From Eledone cirrhosa (taxonomy: Eukaryota), in the NCBI GenBank assembly GCA_964016885.1, contig OZ024742.1:207452001-207516000 (forward strand): 64,000 nucleotides of DNA, read 5' to 3'. Shown piece after piece: positions 13,521 through 26,431 of the stretch. Every line of letters begins with the position of its first letter. The first letter of the stretch is position 1. The notes under the pieces are model-generated. The model was not told where the DNA came from and searched no databases. It saw only the letters and a program-made list of their open reading frames with translations. The position numbers and the translations under genes are program-made.

Positions 13521-15231
13521 CACACAATCACACACATACACAGCTGAATTTGAACACGGAACTATTATTATAAACTAAAGTTTGTGAGGCTCTGATAAGA
13601 CAAAGGGTGTTATTTAAGGATATTTAAATATATTTATATTTCAGTAATGTCAGCCATACGAAGCTGAAATAACCAGCAGGCTCACTGCTTGGGTTATCAA
13701 TAAGTGTTGTATGTACTGCTTGCTTTGATTATTTTGACGTTTATTTTTTTAAAGTGGATTTGATCTATTTTAGAAATGTCAATCGATAACAGTATATGGT
13801 TTCCTTTCTTACATATTGTATTCAACCATTTCTAATCTTAGCATTGGGGGCCATTCACTCTCTCTCTTTTGAGACTTTCCGTAAATACATGGTATGTCAT
13901 AAATTCAGTTCTTCAGATTTGATCATATTTAGTTAGGTTTTATTCGGTTGCGGAATCCGCAGCGTTTAGTGTTAATCATGTTGTTCGATGTTCTGAATAT
14001 TTTGTACAATCTTTTAGTCATAACCTAATAGTTAGGTAGATTCAAATCTGATCTTAACTCACTATACATTATTTCATTATACTTGAAATGCGGATGCAGA
14101 TTTTATGTGATGTGTTGGATAATATTTTCTCGTGAACGTATATATTATGTAAAATATTCTCTCTTGTATATCATCACTCACTGATACAGTTTGTTAATGC
14201 CAATGTAACATTTACATATTTCTCAATTCCTTTCATCATATTATATATTGGCCGTGAGTTCAGTTGATAAAGTAGAGTTCTCTAACCGTTGTATCTCAAC
14301 GCGTTCTAATTCATATTTCCTTCTTTGAACTAGTATGTTAAGAAATTGCACTCGGTTTTTACATTAATTTTTCCGCGGTGAATTGAATGTAAGATGAAAT
14401 CGTAAGATATGAAAAAAATTGTACATTCAATTTCATTAATGTTGCATACATAAACAAGATTGTTATTGCTCCAGTCAATCTTCAAACCCTTAGCAAACCT
14501 GTACCCATGATTTCTGACAAGCCAAACTATAAATTGTTTATATTTAATTATTATCTCCGGTTAATCACTAAATCTGTATTTTCGAAATGTAGTTAATTGG
14601 TTTTCTATTGTATATATGCTTTGTTTGCCGTGGGGGTTATTTTGTTGTTTCAGTTATACTTTTAATATTTCCGACACCAGCTTAACGCTCTGTGGACTCT
14701 AAATCTAGACGTGGTAGCCTTTGGTGAGGCCATAAGGTTTGAGACGTATTCATAAACTCCTCTTTGAGCTAGCTATGAGAAATGATGTCTCTTCGACTGG
14801 CTGATACCGTGTATTGTGTCAGTGTTGTTTCAGAACAGTATAGACTAAATGGTAAGCATTATCTTCCTAGATCCGGAAGGGTAGACGGTGACCTAGGTGT
14901 GAGCAGCAGTAGAGGTGGTAGTATTTCAGACTTGCAGCCGCTGATGACACAACAATTTCTGAAAAAGAGGAATTTTTCAAATGTCCAAAGTCTTTCGTAG
15001 GAACAACTTTCTTATTAGTGTTGGAAGATGACTGGGAAGACATCTGGAGTATGCAGGTATTGTGTCGGGGTGGTCATTAAGATAAATGGGTTTAAAAGCT
15101 TCCATCAATCGCTTAAACCTTTCCAATTGACCAACGGGTAGTGTCTGGATTTCACAAATACATCGATGAGGACATGAACAAATCATTACGGGTTAACCAG
15201 ATTATGTTTACTCAGAAGCTTCATATGATTA

Positions 15232-15421
15232 AATAATTGTTTCTACTTTAGGCACAAGGCCATCAATTACCCAGTACATTACTGGTACTTTATTTTATCG
15301 ACCCCGTAAGGATGAAAGGCAAAGTTAACCTCGGCGGGATTTGAACTCAGGCTGTAAAGGGACGTAACTATGCTAGAAAGAATGGCGTCCAACCCTCTAC
15401 CGATACTGCCAATTCACCGCC
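15232..15421 (-). mobile_element. tRNA-SINE with 19-bp TSD
   Basis: Full SINE. TSD cttcatatgattaaataat at 15219-15237 and 15422-15440. Confidence 0.92.
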
Positions 15422-15766
15422 CTTCATATGATTAAATAATAGGTTAGGGTTAGGGAGTGTATATTCTTCTGCGTATTTCTCAAACGTTTTGGGTTCTTGA
15501 TGCAAATGAAAGAAATTATTATTTTCATTATTGAAATTATTATTATTGAGATGTCTAATGGAGAATAATGCAACGGAGTGGTGATGTAAGAACCTAGCTC
15601 ATTAGTTTATATTAAGCTTCATACATAGAATTATTACTTACTAGATAAAGGCATACAACTTAATATCGATAGCGTTTCGTCCGTATTTAACAACTTATAT
15701 ATCCTTAAGAATACTTAAAACAAATTCTTTAACTTCTACTATGCTCTCATCATACCACGTTACTTC

Positions 15767-15767
<1 letters not shown>

Positions 15768-15814
<47 letters not shown>

Positions 15815-15831
15815 GTAACAATAATAATAAT
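15768..15831. repeat. (AAT)n microsatellite at the 3' end of Tx1 copy A
   Basis: About 20 AAT units directly abut the LINE terminus. Confidence 0.95.
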
Positions 15832-18800
15832 GATTTCTTTATTGGCCACAAGGACTGACATCAAGAAAAACATTACAGACGGCACAGGACGGTACGATGT
15901 GGATTTTGTGCGTGTAAAGATTTTTATTATTTATATAAGAAAAGAAAAAAAAGACATAGAAACATATATATATATATAAGCAATAAAAATGAAAATTGAA
16001 ACAATGAAAAATTCCCCAATTGGGAGGAAACCTCCGACGGTTACTCGTGTCGAAAACCACACAAAAGACCACGGCCACCCTGACCACCAGGGCAAGAGCC
16101 CTCTCAATTTTACCATTTCTCAAACTACAGGCGTATATTCAGAGCGGTCCCGTTCACTCGGACCATTCTCGCTACATTCACCCACCTTTCAACAAATTTG
16201 CGAGAAGGCAGCACTTTCCGCTCCACCCTGATTTTCCTTTTCAAGTGAAACTTGAACAAATTAATTAGGGATTCGCCGAAGAGGAAAGTGTCTGTCTTTA
16301 ACCCTTTCAACCTTGTCCACCACACAATCTCTTTCCCCATAGCCACCAGGCAGATGAAAACCGCTTTCCCTTCCTCCTCGAAGAAAGACGGCGAGACCAT
16401 CTGCACAATGGACTCAGTCGATAACCGGATCAGTCCTACACGCGTCAGTAGCTGTTCGACATAGCTCCACAAGTCAGCAATGCTCGGGCACTGAACGAGT
16501 GCGTGCACGAGGGTTTCGTCGCTTTGCGCGCATCTCGAACAGGCTCGGCTGACGGCACTTCCGTGCCTGTAGAGCTTATCTCGAATCGGCAACGTTCCCC
16601 GGTAGCACTGCCAGGCCAGGGATTTTTGGAAGTTATCCATAGGCCCTAGGCTGAAAGTTCTCAGGAAGAGAGCAAACAGTTGATCTTCTTCGACGCCCAG
16701 GATGTCTCCGAGAACGTCGTCGCTCTTACCCCCCACTAGTCCTCTATAGAACGCCGAGGTGGATGCTCCACCGATACTGGTGCCCAGCTGGCAGAGGGTA
16801 GTGAGCGCCTGGAGACATTCCAGTTTCCAAGCGCTATCCCTCGGTCTTTTCCTGACCCAGGACTGCATCTCCGTCAAGGAGACGAGCTGTGGGAAAACGT
16901 GTCTGGCAAACAGCGACCACACCTGTTCACCGTCAAGGAGGCACCAGAGATGTCGCAGTTTCAGAGCAGGTTTGCGCATCATCAGTCATGGCATGCCTGG
17001 TCCTCCACGCAACTGGTGTTGACAGCTGATCGATCGTCTGACCATGGGAGCGCGTCCCTTCCACAAGAAGCGGAATAGAAGGCGCTCCATTTTGGTAAGA
17101 GTTAGGCGGGGCAAGTTACGACGGTGAGGCGGTAGCAGGTGACGGACGCTATGAACACATTCGCCACATCCGTCTGGCCTATCAGGGACAGCTTCCTCTC
17201 GGCCCATTTCTGGGTGAAAGAGGCCACCTTGCTCGTCACCTCGCTCCAGTTTTTCTCCCTCTAGAGGTCCGGACCGAACCAGACCCCGAGCAATTTAACC
17301 GGTCCTTCCTTGCGTCCAGCGCCTCACGACGCTGTAGGACGACATGGACTTGCCTCTCCAGGTGCCAAGTTGCAAGCCCACCGACTTTTCCTGGTTTATA
17401 TTTGCTGCTGTCACCGCTTCGTATTCCTTGAGAGCGGCGCCGAGCATCTGGACGTATTTGGTGGTCGACACCACCACGGAAACGTTGTCGGCGTAAGCTG
17501 ACACGGATCTCCAGCATCCCAGTTCACGTGGGACTTCCTTCATCGTCTCCAATTTGTGCAGTAACGGCTCTAGGGCCAGTACGTACTACAGGGACGAGAG
17601 GGGGCAACCCCGGCGGACCAAGCGCATGATGCTGAAAGGCTGCGACAGGTGACCATTCACCTTCACAATCGAGCAGATGTCGCTGTGCATCGCAGCGATC
17701 CATCCCCTAAGAACGGGCCCGAAGCCGCCCGCCTCAAGGACCGCATCCAGGTACTGATGGTCGACCCTATCAAATGCTTTAGATTGATCCAAGTTGATTA
17801 GGGCCCCACCCATACCAAATTCCTTAACCACTCTCTCTATGATGTATCGCATGCGATGGAGGTTGTCGTGGATGGATCTGTCCGGAATGGCGCATATCTG
17901 CGCCTCTCCCACCAGATCACCGACGACAAGCACCAATCGCTTTGCTAACACCTTGGACAAAATCTTAAACCCTGCATTTAGCAGAGTTATGGGCCTGAAG
18001 TTGCCTATAACGTCCCCCTTTTTCGGGTCTTTTCTTAGCAGCGCCACCGCTGCCCGGCTTACAAAATTGGGAATGCTTCCGTTCTGCTGTTAGTTGCAGT
18101 AGACATCTGCCAAGATGTCGTCGAACAAGTCTGGCATGTACGCATAACACTCGTAGGACAGATCATCCAAATCTTGAGATTTACCCCTCGTGCAGTCAGA
18201 CATCGCTTCCCGTATTTCAAGAGAGTCCGTCGAGGTATGCTCCGAAGTCCATACTCCGATCCGGCCCACCGCCGCTCCCGACCAATTGACAAACGTGTTG
18301 TTGAAAAGCCGCACACATCTGCTCGGTTTCGAGCAACATGATCAGGCAAAGACCAAACTGTGGACTTGTTGCCACCTCGCGCTTCCACCACCCGGTCCCA
18401 TTGAACTGCTTTCGTCCCCTCGTGTCTTAGAGCATGCGCTCTAGCTCTGACAACGCAGCCTTCGTGCTTTGCGTTGAAGAACTGGTCGAGTGCCGCAAGC
18501 ACGTCGGTTTGGATGCCTGTCCTAAACGCCTCTTCTAGCTTTCTAACTAACTCTCCCTCTACTCTATTTTCCTCTATCACTACTCCTTTGCTAAACCTTA
18601 TCGATTCTACTCTAATAGTCCTTTTCAGGGTAAACCACTACCTGTTGTTGACGATCGCACCCGCTAATCCGGTCTCTGTAATCTTTGCGTGCCGGGAACG
18701 ACGCGTTCAGCTTCCAGTAGCCGGGCCCTTGCCTATGGAGTCTATCTAAGTCAACTTCACAGATCACAAATGTGTGGTCGTGTAGTCGACTACTTTCAAT

Positions 18801-21225
18801 TGTGGACAACCTACACTAGCCTTATCTGTTTCCCTACTGAATACCCTATCTAAATACGATATGGATGACCCGATGCGGTTTGCCCATGCCCACATTGGCA
18901 CATTCGGATAATCAAGCCTATACTTGTCAGACAGTTTAAAACATCTGAGAAGGTTGTTGAGGCTTTTACACCCTCCTGCCCTGTCTACTAGCCCCAGATA
19001 ATCCCAGCGTGCATCCAAGATGCCGTTCCAGTCACCCACTAACACTAAAGTTCGCTAGACGTCTGAAGAAATCTGGCCGTCCTGCCCTGTTGGGGCGTAG
19101 ACGGCTACTAGCCTGAAAGCATTGCCTTCACTGCCGTTCACGACCAGCAGCACCGACTTACCTTCTGGGTCCAGAAATATGGCCCGTATGGCGATATCCA
19201 AGCCTCTCCGAAAAAGCACGTCAAACGATCCTCCCAATCCTGGACGGCTGGGAAATGCGTACAGATCGTAGCCACCGAAGATCGGTGCGAAGGCTCACGC
19301 TTCGGAGATTCTGGTCTCGCGGATGGCTACCACATCTATGTTTAGTGACATGATGTCATTGAGCAGGTGACCCTACTTCCAAGATGACCCCAGGCCACGT
19401 ACGTTTATACTGCCTATTCTAAGTACGGCCATGTTGGATGAGAAACGGGATCACTTACCTTGATCCTGTGATGAAGGGACAGTAGAACCGTCCCTTTGGC
19501 TGGTCATAGTGTTTCCAAGAGATGTCGGTGTATATCCTCTTGGTAAATGACCTTCTGAAATCTCCAACTGCGTTGGCGAATTTTTGTTTTAAAAGTTTGT
19601 AATGTTTTATTTTGATTTATATGATGTTTATGTTTGTCGGGAGAGTTCTTGGTGTTGGTTAGGTGTAGTACTTTTTTTCTGTGATGTCTGTGTGCTGCCT
19701 TATATTTTGTATAATTAGTTCTTATATGAGTTCTTTATTTGCCATGTTTATAGCTGTGTCCTTTTCGGGGAGGGGTGATTTTGTTGCTGTTTTCTGGTTG
19801 TTGCTGTTGGGTGAGTGTGTTTTGTTGTGTTTGCGATGTTGGTGTTTTGGTGATGCTTGTGATGATGTGGTTGTTGTTGGTGGTAATGCTTGTGGTGGTG
19901 GTGGTGGTGGTGTTGCTGCAAGTATAATTACAGCCTTTACCCCTCTTTGTCTGCCTTCGCTTTTGGAGGGTGAAGCTAAGGTGTTTTTTCTGTTTTGTTT
20001 TTGTGGTAGACCGTTTGCCACTTCCCTCCCGCCTCACACTCCATGCCGGACCCCATGGCGTCCGGGAGGGGCATGAGCTCCACTGCTGTTGGTGGTGGTA
20101 GTGGAGCCAGCTCCGGCGATTTTGCTGCCAGTGTAGTTACTGCGACTGTTGGTGTTGCCGCCACTGCTGCCGCTGTTTTAGTTGTCCATGGCCTTGGTAT
20201 GGATGCCACGGATGTTGCCCTCCTTCTCACCATGGAAGGGTCTTCTGCCTCTGTTGCCTGCCGTGCTCTTGGTAGCAGTGGATCAGGCGTCGGAAGGAGG
20301 GGGCCCTCTTCCTGGCTGTCTTCTGCGGGCAGAAGGCCCTGAGGTCACCCTTCTGCCCACAGAGATAGCACTTTGGGCGCCTTCTTCGAGGTCTATGATG
20401 TCTGGGATGGCCTCGGTGCACACCTGGTCAGTCTGTATTAGCATTTACATGATTATTCCGGACCAGTTCTCTCTTCCCATTCTCTGTATTTGAAGTATGG
20501 TGGTCTTCTCCTCGATTTCAGCCAGTACAGACGTGGCCAGCTAAGGTATGGGCACGTCGGACGGGACCTGGGTCACTTTGACCATCACAATGTCCTGCCC
20601 CCAGTAGGAGTGCACCAAGACTATCTCCTCACACTTTAGGGTTTCCAAAGAGTGACACTTCGCCCCTTGGGGGGTGACAAAAATACGTCTACTGTGGCGT
20701 ACTTTTTGCCTTGGGTGATGTGGGTCTTGCGCGCCCAGACGCACCCCAAGGCTTTTTGGATTTGAGCCTCCGTGGCTCTCTCCACCCGATGTGACATCTT
20801 GCTTACGGTGCGGTAAGTTACCGTACGCAGCTGCTGGTCTTTGAAGAAATCGGGTGGAGGTTTCAGGGAAAATCTATTGTCGTTTCTCGACACTATGGCT
20901 CTTGCGGCTGCCATCTCCTCCTCCGTGACTAGCACTGACTCTATATTTCGGATCACACCTGCGGAAAACGTGGGCCCTTTTTCAGCGGCACCATTATTGC
21001 TGCCGCTACTGCTGCTACTGGTCTTGTTGTTGGTGCTGTTGTTGGTGCTGTTTGCTGTTGCTACTTACTGCTGTTGTTACTGCTGTTATCAATGTTGGTT
21101 GTGTTGTTGGTGTCACCGTTGTTGTTGTTTTCGGTGCAATTTGTATTGTTGCTGTTGGTGTTGTCGTTGTTTATTTTCATGTTAGTGATGTTAATATCGT
21201 TGTTGCATTTCTTGTCATTTTTTTC
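15832..21225 (-). mobile_element. Tx1/L1-clade non-LTR retrotransposon copy A (degenerate, ORF1+ORF2)
   Basis: ORF2 pieces 16125-19432: EN (LVGDWNG, SYLDR), RT (NFRPITLLN, LDQSKAFDRVDH, AYADN) and a C-terminal CxxC..ET..H..C. ORF1 pieces 19451-21225 include the knuckle-like CYLCGQKGDLRAFC. The 3' end reads CCTTGTGGCCAATAAAGAAATC(ATT)n. Confidence 0.93.
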
Positions 21226-21897
21226 TCTACTCCATTTTCCTCTATCGCTACTCATTTGCTAAACCTTATCGATTCTACTCTAATTGCCCTTTTAAGGGTA
21301 AACCACCACCTGTTGTTGACGATCGCACCCTCAAAGCACGCTTAACTAATTTCCTTATCCGGTCTCTGTAAGCTCTGCGCGACGGGAAAGACGCTTTCAG
21401 TTTCCAGTAAACGGGTCCTTGCCTATGAAGTCTATCCAAGTCGACTTCACAGATCACAAATCTGTGGTCCATGTAGTCGACTAGTTTAAATTGTGGACAA
21501 TCCACGCTAGCCTTATCTGTTTTCCTAAACGATACCCTATCTAGATACGATCTGGATGTCCCGATGCGGTTTGCCCATATCTATATTGGCACATTCGGAT
21601 AATAAAGTCTTGTCAGACAGTTGAAAACGCTTGAGCAGGTTGTTGAGGCTTTTACACCCTCCTCCCTTATTTATTAGCCCCCATAATCCCAGATTGCATC
21701 TAAGATAGCGTTCCAGTCACCCACTAAAACTAAAGAGCGGGACGTTCCCAGAAAGACCTGTAGACGTCTGAAGCAATATGGCCGTCCTGCCCCTGTTGGG
21801 GCGTAAGTGGCTACTAACCTGAAAGCATTGCCTTTGCTGCCATTCACGCCGATCATCGCTGACTTACTTTCTGCGTCCAGGAAGATGGCCCGTATGG
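21225..21897 (-). pseudogene. Isolated Tx1 ORF2 endonuclease-domain fragment fused to the copy A ORF1 region
   Basis: ORFs 21674-21904 (FRLVATYAPTG, LVGDWNAIL) and 21275-21505 (DHRFVIC, YWKL) duplicate the sequence at 18560-19190. Confidence 0.85.
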
Positions 21898-21926
21898 GAC
21901 TCAAAGAACAATTATAATAGTAATAA

Positions 21927-22115
21927 TAATAATTGTTTCTACTTTTGGCACAAGGCCAGCAATTACCCAGTACATTACTGGTACTTTATTTTTATCGACC
22001 CAGTAAGGATGAAAGGCAAAGTTACCTCGGTGGTATTTGAACTCAGAATGGCAAGGGCCGTAACTCTATGCGTCAAAGCATGGCGTCCGACAATCAACCG
22101 ATACTGCCAATCCAC
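21927..22115 (-). mobile_element. tRNA-SINE in the (AAT)n between Tx1 pieces
   Basis: Full SINE flanked by taataat on both sides. Confidence 0.9.
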
Positions 22116-22122
22116 TAATAAT

Positions 22123-23747
22123 GGTTTCATTTATTGGCCACAGGGTCCAACATACAGGGAATGATACACTAGACAGGGACAGGAGGGTTTACATTTAAAT
22201 GTGTAAAAATATGAATAACAATAACAAAATAACAAGAAAAATACAACAATGAAAAATTCCCCAATATGGGGAATAACCACCGAGGGTTGACTCAGGTACC
22301 CCACCAATCACCCCATGAACCACCCCGACGCTACGAGAGACCTGGGTAGGGCACCCCTCTCCTCCTCAAATTCACCAACCTATATGCGCATCTTCAGAGT
22401 ATGACCACTCACACGGGCCATTCTCGCTACATTCACCCACCTTTCAGCAAATTACTGGGGGGGGGGGGGGGGTCAACACTTCTCTCTCTACCCTCACCTT
22501 GCTTTCCAAGTGAAACTTGAAAAACTTAATGAGGGATTGGCCGAAGAGAAAAGAGGCTGTCGTCAGTCCATTCAACCTGCTCCACCATACAACCTCTTTC
22601 GCTACTGCCACCAGACAGAGGAACATTGCCTATCCTTCCTAACCAAAAGAAGGCCGTGCGTCGATCTTCACTATGGACTCGGCTGATAGCCGGATTCGTT
22701 CTACACGTGACAGCAGTTCTTCGACATAAATCCACAAGTCAGTAATGCACGGACACTGGACGAGTGCGTGCAGAACGGTTTCGTCGCCCTGCGCGCATCT
22801 CGGGGAGGTCCGTCTGACAGCACTTCCGTGCCTGTGGAGTTTATCTCGAACCGGCAGAGCCCCCCGGCAGCACTGCTAAGCGAGTTATTTTTGGAAAGTA
22901 TTCATCGTCCCCGGCCCGAAAGTCCTCCGGAGCAGACTTGCTAGTTCGACTTCGTAGATTTCTAGAGCTTCTCCGAGTGCGTCGTCGCACTTGCCCACCA
23001 CTAATCCTCTATAGAACTCGAGAATGGAAGTTCCACTGACCGCATTGCCCGCCTCGTAGAGGGCAGTGTGCCTGGCAACATTCCAGGTGTCAGTCACCCA
23101 ATATCGGTCTCTTCTTGACCCAGGACTGCAGCTCAGTCAAAGAGACGAGCTGCCGATAGGGCCATCTGACACACAGCGACCACACATGTTCACCGTTTAG
23201 GCAGCATTTCTGGAGATGACGTATCGTTAGCCACGGCATACCCAGCCCTCCACGTAATGGGTGCTGGCAGCAGATGGACCGCCAAACCCACGGAACCTGT
23301 CCCCTCCACAAGAATTTGAAGAGGAGCCGTTCCAACTTGGTGAGGCGCGAACGGGGGCAACGGATGACGGTCGATGGTATTCGCCACCTCCCCACGACCT
23401 TAGAGTGATAGCTTCCTCACAGACCATTTCTGGGTGAGACTGGCTACCCTGCCCGTCACCTCGTCCCAATTCTTATCCACCTGGAGGTTTGGCCAGAACC
23501 AAACCCCGAGCAACTTTACCGATCTGTCCGTCCAGCGCCCAACGAAGCTGTTGGACAGCATGGACGTATCTCTGCAGTATATTATATTTTAAAATAAAGT
23601 TCAAATATTTGGGCCAAAGGGCCCAAATATTATACTTTCTCCTTCACAGGACAAAGTCCAAGGGCTTATGTCCCTTACACGACAACAATAATTTACAATA
23701 AATGATTTATGACAGGTAAATACAGAGATTTACGGGAGCGAGCACAC
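22123..23747 (-). mobile_element. Tx1 copy B: 5'UTR joined directly to the 3' quarter of ORF2 (internally deleted)
   Basis: 22123-23575 is homologous to the copy C 3'UTR and ORF2 C-terminus. 23580-23747 matches the copy C 5'UTR (aaaataaagttcaaatatttgggccaaa.ggcccaaatatta...ccttcacagga). Confidence 0.85.
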
Positions 23748-23755
23748 CAATAACA

Positions 23756-23950
23756 AATAATCGTTTCTACTTTTGCCACAATGCCACCAAATACTCAGTG
23801 CATTACTGGTACTTTATTTTATCATTTAAGGATGAAAGGTAAAGTTAAAGTTAACCTCGGCGGGATTTGAACTCAGAATGGCAAGGGCCGTAACTCTATG
23901 CGTCAAAGCATGGCGTCCGACCCTCTAGCCATACTGCCAATCCACCGCCC
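23756..23950 (-). mobile_element. tRNA-SINE
   Basis: Full SINE, with accaataac repeated on both flanks. Confidence 0.88.
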
Positions 23951-24418
23951 TACCAATAACCCTACCGAGTAAATATTCTTTAATTCTCAGATTTCAGCCA
24001 GAGTAATTAATTCACTTTTGTTAATCTCTGTATTGTAGTCAAGATCTGAACTTGTAACAGCTATCTTGCTGGACGTCGGTGTGTCTGAATTGATAAAAAT
24101 CCCTTTGTTGCCAAACAGAATGTATGTAGAGTGACTTCCAAGACGTAAATAGGATTTTGTGACGATGCTTCTTCTCCGTTAATCTTGTCATTATCTATTA
24201 GTTATATATTTTGTTTAATACAGATGAATCTTTTATATTAGACGTTACATCAGTTTATATCCATGTGTCAATTTCTACAAGTCCATATATCCATATGTAT
24301 ATCTATATCTATATATTGGTGTATTTACACAAATATATATATTTATTAATATACTCAGATGAAGGGAAAATGTCTATCTCTTGTTTGTGTTCCCTTTACT
24401 TTCTAACACACACACACA

Positions 24419-24465
<47 letters not shown>

Positions 24466-24468
<3 letters not shown>

Positions 24469-25650
24469 GGTGCGGACGATATTTGTTCGCAAGACTACTG
24501 TCTAGGAAAAGGTAACATACTAGTTTTATTTTTTTAAGATATATTTATCAAACTTGAGCCAGTTTGTCTTCATGACTTGTTCTTTTGATCTCACTCGATA
24601 AACCCACCATTGGCTTTGATGACGGCCTCAAGGTGGCCTCGGAACCGGCTACATGCCTTGGTCACTGTCCCCCGAATTAGGCCCCTAAATGTACTTGCGA
24701 TCCTGGCCTTCAGATCGTCTTTCGTACTGCAGCTAGATGTGTTGGTGTCTCGTTCCACTGCGCCCCACACAAAGAACACGAGGGGGTTGCAGTCCGACGA
24801 GCTGGGAGGCCAGATGTCAGGTGAAGTTTGGTCGACGAAGTTCTCAGACAGCCAGGCTTGGGTCTTTCGGCTGGTATGGCAGGGCGCTGAGTCTTGCTGC
24901 TACACGTACGGCTTACCTGCAGCTATCTGGTCGATCCAGGGCTTTACTACCTCGCTCAGAACGCGGATGTAGCCATCGATATTCAGCTTGAGGCCCTCAG
25001 GGAAGCAGTCGAGGTGGCATGACGTCACCTTGACTGCTGACGACACCTAAGAAAAATGTTGTCGCTGGAAAGTTTGTCTGCATGAATCTGGGCACGTCTT
25101 TGGATGAGTCAGCGAGCCACCTGTTGTTCTGGGAGTTGATCTCCTGGTCTTGGCAGAAGTTTTTCTCGTCGGACAAAAACCACAGCCGGTCTGGCTCCAG
25201 TGGGTGTTTCAACTTGTTGATCAGCTTCTTTGCGTGCTTCATTCGCTTTTCTTGCATCGCCTTTGACAGAAATTGTCCTTTCCTCATCTTGTATGAAACG
25301 TAGCGAATGTATTCATGTACCACCAGCCTAATGAGCTTTTCATCCACGCCTTTCTCCCTTGCAAAGGCACGCATCGACTTGCTAGGTTCATTGTTGATGA
25401 TATCCTGAACTTCATCGACGACCTCGGGTGTTCTGAAGGGGTCAGATCGTCGATCATGTGTTTTCCTCTCTGAAGTTGCCTCGTAGTCGAATCCTGAATC
25501 TTCCAATTCCTTTCTGACCTTTTCCACCATTATCCTGCTGACGCTGAGAAAGTCTGAAATTTCCTTATTTGTCCTCCCGGTGCGGATTTCAAGAAGAACT
25601 CCGTGTCTCTTCCACAAATTTGGAGGTTCAAAATTATACATAATCAATTA
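24466..25650 (-). mobile_element. Tc1/mariner superfamily DD37D (maT-like) transposon remnant; transposase pseudogene 24591-25647
   Basis: HTH N-terminus, WFLSDEKNF, then V*QQDSAPCH...WPPSSSDCNPLVFFVW with 37 residues between the 2nd Asp and the 3rd catalytic position (here V). Carries a frameshift and a TAG. One end CAGGGTG follows (TA)n at 24466; the other TIR was not found. Confidence 0.85.
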
Positions 25651-26385
25651 TTCTGTAAATAAATAATGGAAATATAGTAACTGTTTTTATGAAGACATCG
25701 GGAATCTTTAGCCTTAGTACCTCCACCCCAGTAACTTACGATTACGCTATACTAACTATTCATAGCAGCTGTGTTAGACCCCAGATATGTGGTATTAATT
25801 TTTAATTCTAAATTTTTTAATTATTCTCATCCAGCAACTCATTCTATAGCTTTGGCCGAAATAGCAGCACCAACTAAATATAGCAGCTGTGTTAGACTCC
25901 TTATTCCACTTCTCACTTTCCAATCTTACTTTCTGATACATTTTTCTCTCATTTTTTATCATATTCTTTTTTATTATATTTTTTCTTTGTTCCCTAATCG
26001 CATTTGATTTACTATTTCTATAACGTCCCTCCTCCACTTTCTAAAGAAACCGTTTTTCGTCAACCTCCTCTGGCCTACTTCCATACACATTCCTTAGAAT
26101 TTGCCGAGTAGATTTCTCCTTCTACGCTTGACCGGCTCTACCCACTCCCCTATCGTTCTACAGGCAAGTTCAGACATCCCCACCCCGCACCCACTGCCTT
26201 GATAGACTTTTCTGTGTCTGCTACAAATTTTGACCAATCCCCTTGACAACTACAATCTTCCCATATAAGGAAGTACCCTTGAAAAGTTCGGCTATTTATT
26301 TACTAGACTAAGACTAAAAAAACTCTCACTTTAGTCCATAAATAGCCGTTGAAACGCCTTGAGCTCTGTCGTCGGAGTCATACTT

Positions 26386-26430
<45 letters not shown>

Positions 26431-26431
<1 letters not shown>

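Noticed and set aside
14977-15186. ORF resembling a CR1/L2 ORF2 C-terminus (FK..L...PD)
   Set aside because: Similarity is too weak without an HMM search.
15441-15455. ggttagggttaggg telomere-like motif
   Set aside because: Only about two units; expected by chance.
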